A stretch of 63,999 bases of DNA, the filler included. It is 5 parts of 5 records of this genome, joined end to end, with 100 filler letters (N's around TTAATTAATTAA, not from the genome) between each part and the next. Parts side by side here need not be neighbours in the genome. Positions count along the whole stretch, not along the records: positions 58,793 to 63,999 come from DRR723986_3090; 4 more parts are not named here. One strand, written 5' to 3'. Position numbers and translations under genes: made by a program. Of the stretch, positions 59,048 through 63,999 are shown in pieces. Within the stretch, counting starts at the first letter, position 1, and each line of letters starts with the position of its first letter. The notes beneath the pieces are model-generated. The model was given only the letters and a program-made list of their open reading frames with translations. It had not been told where the DNA came from and made no database searches.

Positions 59048-59716
59048 TCATCCAATCAGCTCATCTGAGCGATCATCAGTTTCACCGAAGCGTTTCAAAA
59101 CAGCCGGTTTCGTACCCTCGTAGACCCTGTGAAGGTTTTCTTTAATCCGCTCGTTCTCACGCTCGAAAAGGCAGTTTCCGTTCAGGTCCGACGCGACAAT
59201 GAATGGCCCCATACGATTGCACCGGATGACCCACATGGCCTGGGCGATCCCCAGTTCCTCGTGCCAGTGCACCGCTTCCACGTTGTCCACCCCGCGCCCC
59301 AGAAGCGCCCCTGTGCCGTAGCCCACTGTCGAAAGGTAAACCGCGCCGTTGGGCACGAAGTAGGACTTGTAGTCCTTCGACGACATGCCGCCTTTGCCGA
59401 TGATGAGCTTGGCCCCAGTCTTGGCCATCCAATCGGGCAGCCACTTGGCAAAGCGGAACGAGGCCGTGGCCGTGACCGCCCCCATGTCGAAGCTGCCATC
59501 GGGCCGGATGGCGGCGGCGGGCGAGCAGTGGAAGTTGGCCGCGCTTTGCGATGGCAGTTCCATCGGGATGTTGGCCTTGTCCTCCAGCGCGCGCATGTAG
59601 ACACCTTCGCGCGCCGTATACATCAGCCCGTCGAGATAGACGATGTCGCCAAGGCGCAGCGCAGCAATCTCTTCGGGTGTGGGGGTGGTGCTGAGGACGA
59701 TCTCGCGGGGTTTCAT
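59048..59716 (-). CDS. Class I fumarate hydratase/L-tartrate dehydratase-like hydro-lyase, beta subunit (divergent)
   Basis: LRLGDIVYLDG..YTAR, IIGKGGM, ELG..AMW, GPFIVASD..GN; ATGA overlap with alpha. Confidence 0.88.
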   Translation of the reverse strand: MKPREIVLSTTPTPEEIAALRLGDIVYLDGLMYTAREGVYMRALEDKANIPMELPSQSAANFHCSPAAAIRPDGSFDMGAVTATASFRFAKWLPDWMAKTGAKLIIGKGGMSSKDYKSYFVPNGAVYLSTVGYGTGALLGRGVDNVEAVHWHEELGIAQAMWVIRCNRMGPFIVASDLNGNCLFERENERIKENLHRVYEGTKPAVLKRFGETDDRSDELIG

Positions 59717-60672
59717 GCCACGCCCTCCGCTGCCTCGGGCGCCCAATCAACGGTTTCGCGGCGTTGGTAGTCGGTGAACCAGTCGGGATCGGTGCGATGT
59801 TCCACTCGCCCGTCGGGGAAGATGCGGGCCACGGCCCGACGCGAGGACAGGCAGAAGGCATGGACCGACATCTGCATGCCGCCGGTGTGGCAGTAGCCCA
59901 CCTCGATATTGCAGTCGATCACCATGTTCTTGCCGACAAAGCCCATGGCCCCCATGCCGATGGAATTGCCCAACTCCTTGAATTCTTCCTCCAGCGCGGC
60001 GATGCGCGGGTCGGAATTGCGGCTGCCCACGGTGCGCAGGCAGGCCGCTCGCTTGCCCAGGACCATGCAGGTATCCTTGCAGCCGCCAAGCCCGATGCCG
60101 ATGATCGCGGGTTGGCAGGCGAGACCGCGCTTGCCGAAGGCCACCAGGCTATCGAGGTAGAAGCGCTTGATCCCCTGGATTCCGTCCGAGGGAAAGAGCA
60201 TCCGGTAATCGGTGCCGAAAAGCCCGCCCTTGTGCACGGTGATGAGGTCGATCCACTCGCCCCCCGGCTCGTAACCATATTCGATTTCGGGCGCACCGAT
60301 GCCCACGTTGTTGTTGTGATCTGTCCGCCAAAGCGGATGCACCCGGTTGGGCCGCAGCGGCACCCCGGTGGTGCGGTTGGCGGTGGCGCGACGCAGCGCT
60401 GCTTCCAGCGCGACGGGGCCGCCCTCGATCCGGGTGTCATTGCCCATCTTGACATACCAGCGCGGCGTGCCGGTATCGCCGCACATGGCGCGGCGGTCTT
60501 GCTTCGCGGCTTCGTAATTTTCCAGCATCGCCTGCAACACGAAGGAAGACAGGTCGCCATCCTCGGTCTCGGCGGCGGCCTTCAGCCCTTCGAGATAGTC
60601 CTGCGGAATCTCGATGGCAGCTTTGTCCATCAAGGTCTCGGCGGTCGATTGAATGAGGTCGATCGGGATCAT
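59713..60672 (-). CDS. Class I fumarate hydratase/L-tartrate dehydratase-like hydro-lyase, alpha (Fe-S) subunit (divergent)
   Basis: MCGDTG, PLRPN, ACQP..IGIGLGG, GIGAMG-like SIGMGAMG, FCLSSRR. Confidence 0.88.
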   Translation of the reverse strand: MIPIDLIQSTAETLMDKAAIEIPQDYLEGLKAAAETEDGDLSSFVLQAMLENYEAAKQDRRAMCGDTGTPRWYVKMGNDTRIEGGPVALEAALRRATANRTTGVPLRPNRVHPLWRTDHNNNVGIGAPEIEYGYEPGGEWIDLITVHKGGLFGTDYRMLFPSDGIQGIKRFYLDSLVAFGKRGLACQPAIIGIGLGGCKDTCMVLGKRAACLRTVGSRNSDPRIAALEEEFKELGNSIGMGAMGFVGKNMVIDCNIEVGYCHTGGMQMSVHAFCLSSRRAVARIFPDGRVEHRTDPDWFTDYQRRETVDWAPEAAEGVA

Positions 60673-62435
60673 CAGGTCGCTCCCACTAGCGTTTCGGGTT
60701 CGCCTTCGGGCAGGATGGTTTCGCCGGGGCGGACGATGGTGAACTGCACGTCCTCGCGCCCGACCTCGACCGTCTCGCCCGACTGGCGCGCCACGGTGAA
60801 GTACGAGCTTTCCAGCGCGCCGGGTTCGGGGAAGTCCTCTCGGAAATGAGCCCCGCGAGAGTTTTCACGCGCAAGGCCCGCCTTGGCGATGACCTCGGAT
60901 ATGTCGGTCAGCGAGGCCATGTTGAGCCAGTCGTGCCAGGTCAGGTTGAAGGCGAGGGTCGAGCCGTCCACCCCGGCTTCGAGGAGCTCGGCCCGGATGT
61001 CCGCCAGCTTGCGCAGGCCGCGCTCCATGCCGGGGCCGGTGCGCATGACGCCCACGTCGTCCCACATCGCCTCTTGCAGCTTTTGGCGCAGCTCCTGCAC
61101 ATTGCCCGGCGTCTTGGCGAAGGGGCGGCAGGCGCGGGCGACCTCGGCGGCCAGTACCTCTTCGTCGGGGTCGCGCAGCGCACCGATCTTGCGGATGTCG
61201 GCTCCCATCACGTCGCCCGCCACGCCGCCATAGACGGTGGAATTGGCCACCCCATTGCCGCCGAGCCGGTTCGACCCATGCGCTCCGCCCGCATCCTCGC
61301 CCGCGACGTAGAGCCCCTCCATCGCGGTGCGCGTGTCTGCATCGACGATGACGCCGCCCATGAAGTAATGCGCTGTCGGCACCACCTCGACCTTGCCGCC
61401 TGCCAGGTCAAAGCCGCTATCGGCGCAGCGCTTGACCATGCCCGCGAACTTGCACCGCACGTTCTCGGGGCCAAGGTGGCCCATGGAAATGAACATTCCC
61501 ACCTGATCGGGGTCGTTGGCCTTGCGCATCTCGGCATAGATGCCGCGGCTGACCACGTCGCGGGTGGCCCGCTCGCCAAGCGCGTCATAGTCGAACATGA
61601 AGCGCTGCCCCTGATGGTTCAGAAGCTGCCCGCCCGCGCCGCGCAGGCCCTCTTCCAGTACCGTGCCCGTCATCCGGGTGTGATCGCCCGCCAAGAGTCC
61701 AGTGGGGTGAAACTGCACCATTTCCATGTCGCGTAGAGGCAGCCCTACGCGGAGTGCCATGGCCAGCCCGTCCATCGTCTTGTCGCCCGATGGCGTGTGA
61801 TACTTGTACATCGTCGGCCCGCCGCCGGTGCCCATCATCACCGTCTTGGCGCGCACGAAGCGAAAGCGACCTGTGCGCATGTCGATGAATAGAACCCCCG
61901 CCAGCGCAGAGCCATCGCGGGTGGGGATGAGGCCGATGGCGCGGTGTTCCTGTAGCTTCTCGACCGGGCGTGCCAGAACCTGCTCCATCAGGCGGCTGAT
62001 GATCTCGATCCCCGTCAGGTCGCCCTTGTGCACGGTGCGGTCGGCGGTCTGTCCGGCAAAGGCCTTCTGGTGCACGCTGCCGTCAGGGTTGCGGTCGAAA
62101 TAGCAGCCGATCTCGTTCTCAAGTTCGTGGATGCGCGTCACCGCTTCCTTGCACAGTTTCCAGGCCATGTCCTGATTGGGTAGCCACTTGCCGCCATTGA
62201 TCGTGTCCATGAAATGCCGTTCGACGCTGTCGCCGCCGCCAAGCGCCACGTTGTAGCCGCCCTGAACCATCCGTGTGCAACCGCACTTGCCGATGAGCCC
62301 CTTCACGGCCAACGTGATCCGCGTGCCTTCGGGTGCCGATTGCAGCGCATGGAGCGCGGCAAAGAGCCCCGCCCCGCCGCTCCCAAGGATCAGGATATCG
62401 GTGTCGTGGCGGTCCATTTGGGTCATTGCGTTCAT
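60672..62435 (-). CDS. SdhA/FrdA/NadB-family flavoprotein, non-canonical
   Basis: GSGGAG, QFHPTG, RDVVSR, HYFMGG, GE...HGSNRLGGN, RENSRGAHFREDFP. Confidence 0.92.
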   Translation of the reverse strand: MNAMTQMDRHDTDILILGSGGAGLFAALHALQSAPEGTRITLAVKGLIGKCGCTRMVQGGYNVALGGGDSVERHFMDTINGGKWLPNQDMAWKLCKEAVTRIHELENEIGCYFDRNPDGSVHQKAFAGQTADRTVHKGDLTGIEIISRLMEQVLARPVEKLQEHRAIGLIPTRDGSALAGVLFIDMRTGRFRFVRAKTVMMGTGGGPTMYKYHTPSGDKTMDGLAMALRVGLPLRDMEMVQFHPTGLLAGDHTRMTGTVLEEGLRGAGGQLLNHQGQRFMFDYDALGERATRDVVSRGIYAEMRKANDPDQVGMFISMGHLGPENVRCKFAGMVKRCADSGFDLAGGKVEVVPTAHYFMGGVIVDADTRTAMEGLYVAGEDAGGAHGSNRLGGNGVANSTVYGGVAGDVMGADIRKIGALRDPDEEVLAAEVARACRPFAKTPGNVQELRQKLQEAMWDDVGVMRTGPGMERGLRKLADIRAELLEAGVDGSTLAFNLTWHDWLNMASLTDISEVIAKAGLARENSRGAHFREDFPEPGALESSYFTVARQSGETVEVGREDVQFTIVRPGETILPEGEPETLVGAT

Positions 62436-62438
62436 GGC

Positions 62439-62777
62439 TTACACCGCGTTCAGAAGAAAGGCGCCCGAGACCAGGAAGGCCCCGGCCAGGGCGGATGCGG
62501 CCAGCGTCTTCTGCCGCCCCGTCCAGGGCAGGAATTCCAGCGCAAGAAGACGCAGCCCGCCGAAGAAATGCACGGCCAGCAGGAAGACGAGGCCGAACTC
62601 GGCCAGTTTCACCAGCGGCATCTCGGCCCAGTGCAGGAAGGAATCGAACCGGTCGGGATCAGTCAGCGCCAGCGACAGCACGTAGAAATGCGCGGGAAGG
62701 AACAGCGCCAGCCCCAGCCCAGACAGGCGGTGCAGCAGGTAGGCCAGGCCAAGCGGATGGGCGAGATGGGCCTTCAT
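62439..62777 (-). CDS. Complex II cytochrome b anchor (SdhC-like)
   Basis: HRLSG...FLPAH, VHFFGGLR; 3 TM. Confidence 0.88.
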   Translation of the reverse strand: MKAHLAHPLGLAYLLHRLSGLGLALFLPAHFYVLSLALTDPDRFDSFLHWAEMPLVKLAEFGLVFLLAVHFFGGLRLLALEFLPWTGRQKTLAASALAGAFLVSGAFLLNAV

Positions 62778-63109
62778 GGCATCACCATCACGGCCCACAC
62801 GGCCCGCGCGCCCAACCCCAGAAACGCCAGCCCAATCCCCCAAGTGACGCCCGCCAGCGCCCCGCCGCGCAGCCCCGTCGCCTCGTGCAGGATAACCCGC
62901 AGCCCGATCGCGGAATGGATTGAAACAGCCACGACGAAGAGCCCGTAAAACAGCATCCAGAAGAGCGAACCTTGCGTCCGAGACAGGATTTCGCCCGCGC
63001 TCAACCCGCCTTGGATGGCGTAGATCATCACCCCAAGATGCGTCAGCACCAGCGGGGCCATCATCATCGCCGACAGCCGCTGCAGCATGTAAAGCCTCAG
63101 GTCCAGCAC
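62774..63109 (-). CDS. Complex II hydrophobic anchor (SdhD-like)
   Basis: LQRLSA...LTHL, IHSAIGLRVIL.E; 3 TM; ATGA overlap with next gene. Confidence 0.88.
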   Translation of the reverse strand: MLDLRLYMLQRLSAMMMAPLVLTHLGVMIYAIQGGLSAGEILSRTQGSLFWMLFYGLFVVAVSIHSAIGLRVILHEATGLRGGALAGVTWGIGLAFLGLGARAVWAVMVMP

Positions 63110-63110
63110 C

Positions 63111-63845
63111 TCATCCCCTCCTCTTGAAGAATGTTTGCATCGAGGCGCGCTTGAGCCCGGCAATCGCGCGCATCGGGTCCAGTTCGTTGGGGCAATGCAT
63201 CGTGCAGCCGCCCTGGCTGTGGCAGTTATGACAGCCGCCGTTTCCCGATACGCCATCGAGGATCGCCTGACGGTCGACCTCCTTGGCGTCGTTGAACAGG
63301 GTCCAGGCCCGTTGCAGCGCGGCAGGGCCGAGGTAATCGGGACTGCCCGCCACTGTGTCGCAGGCCGCGTAGCAGACCGAGCAGTTGATGCACTCGATTG
63401 CCGTGTTGGCTTCCGCGCGCGCAGGCTCGTCGGGGCGAATTGCGGGCATCGGGTCGTGCCGGGTGGCCGTCGGGTGATGGCGTCCCCCGGCCTTGACCCA
63501 TTTGTCGAAGAACGGGTCCATGTCGGCGGCCAGGTCCTTGATCACCGGCAGGTTGCGCAAGGGCGCGATTGTCACCCGGTCCTCCGCCAACACCTTTTTG
63601 ACATGGGTCCGACAGGTCCAGCGCGGCTTGCCGTTGACCATCATCGCGCAGGATCCGCACATGCCGACGCGGCAGGCAAAGCGATAAGACAGTGTTGGAT
63701 CAGCGTTCTGTTGAATCCAGCTGACCACATCAAGAATGGTCTGATTGTCTTCGGCGGGCACCTCGAAGGTCTGATAGTATCCGCCTTCACCCGTCCCGCG
63801 CCAGACCGACACAGACAGTACGCCAAGCTTGGTCTTCACGTCCAT
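63111..63845 (-). CDS. Complex II iron-sulfur subunit (SdhB/FrdB-like)
   Basis: CRVGMCGSC...C, CINCSVCYAAC, CHSQGGCTMHCP, PL....VIKDL..D. Confidence 0.93.
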   Translation of the reverse strand: MDVKTKLGVLSVSVWRGTGEGGYYQTFEVPAEDNQTILDVVSWIQQNADPTLSYRFACRVGMCGSCAMMVNGKPRWTCRTHVKKVLAEDRVTIAPLRNLPVIKDLAADMDPFFDKWVKAGGRHHPTATRHDPMPAIRPDEPARAEANTAIECINCSVCYAACDTVAGSPDYLGPAALQRAWTLFNDAKEVDRQAILDGVSGNGGCHNCHSQGGCTMHCPNELDPMRAIAGLKRASMQTFFKRRG

Positions 63846-63933
63846 TTAGAAGCCCTGATGATGTGGTATCGGACAATTAGCATCAAATTCAGCCTTTTGA
63901 TTCACGGCGTTGTCAGAGTTTGGCTCTGAGGTC

Positions 63934-63956
63934 GCCGGCGCCGCGTTGGCGCCGGC
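63934..63956 (-). terminator. GC-rich hairpin after an upstream gene end
   Basis: GCCGGCGCC/GGCGCCGGC stem about 12 nt past a minus-strand TGA at 63968-63970; no T tract. Confidence 0.4.
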
Positions 63957-63999
63957 ATAGGAGCAGGTCAGGCGTCGTGCACGTAGTAGCGGCCCATGG

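Noticed and set aside
60672-63845. Calling these genes canonical sdhABCD, frdABCD or nadB
   Set aside because: Gene order, loss of the FAD His and the Thr-to-Glu change argue against canonical Sdh/Frd; Fe-S and anchor partners and no nadA/nadC argue against nadB. Symbols left blank.
59764-63929. Plus-strand ORFs of 200-360 aa
   Set aside because: Antisense shadows of the complex II-like operon.

Overview
The window is not one locus. It holds five unrelated contigs joined by 100-nt N/TTAATTAATTAA/N linkers (13950-14049, 22871-22970, 50096-50195, 58693-58792), so synteny across linkers means nothing. Taxon calls below are inferred from gene content and style. (1) 1-13949: GC-rich alphaproteobacterium (Hyphomonas-like) with SDRs, a HAD hydrolase, yggT-yggU-folD-HNH, a membrane LytTR/DUF2141/DUF2306 module, phoD, two MFS transporters and a partial sucC. 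(2) 14050-22870: Rhodobacteraceae-like hydroxycinnamate-CoA catabolism genes, a palindromic repeat and a LysR-DUF1445-TRAP unit. (3) 22971-50095: planctomycete (Pirellulaceae-like) with GTAG-type REP elements, tRNA-His, tRNA-Cys, TerC, fabF, rdgC-like, yggS, gnd-zwf, a catalytically degenerate ketosynthase coupled to an aminoacyl-transferase, and several orphans. (4) 50196-58692: gammaproteobacterium (Halieaceae-like) with liuRABCD and its operator, birA-coaX and a truncated tRNA-Thr. (5) 58793-63999: alphaproteobacterial six-gene operon encoding a non-canonical complex II paralogue (order B-D-C-A; FAD-linking His replaced by Cys; substrate Thr replaced by Glu; apparently diheme anchor), translationally coupled to a two-subunit Fe-S hydro-lyase with remodelled active-site motifs. 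This operon is the best candidate for an uncharacterised system: a membrane-linked pathway for a succinate/fumarate/malate analogue. No CRISPR array, rRNA or intact transposase was seen.
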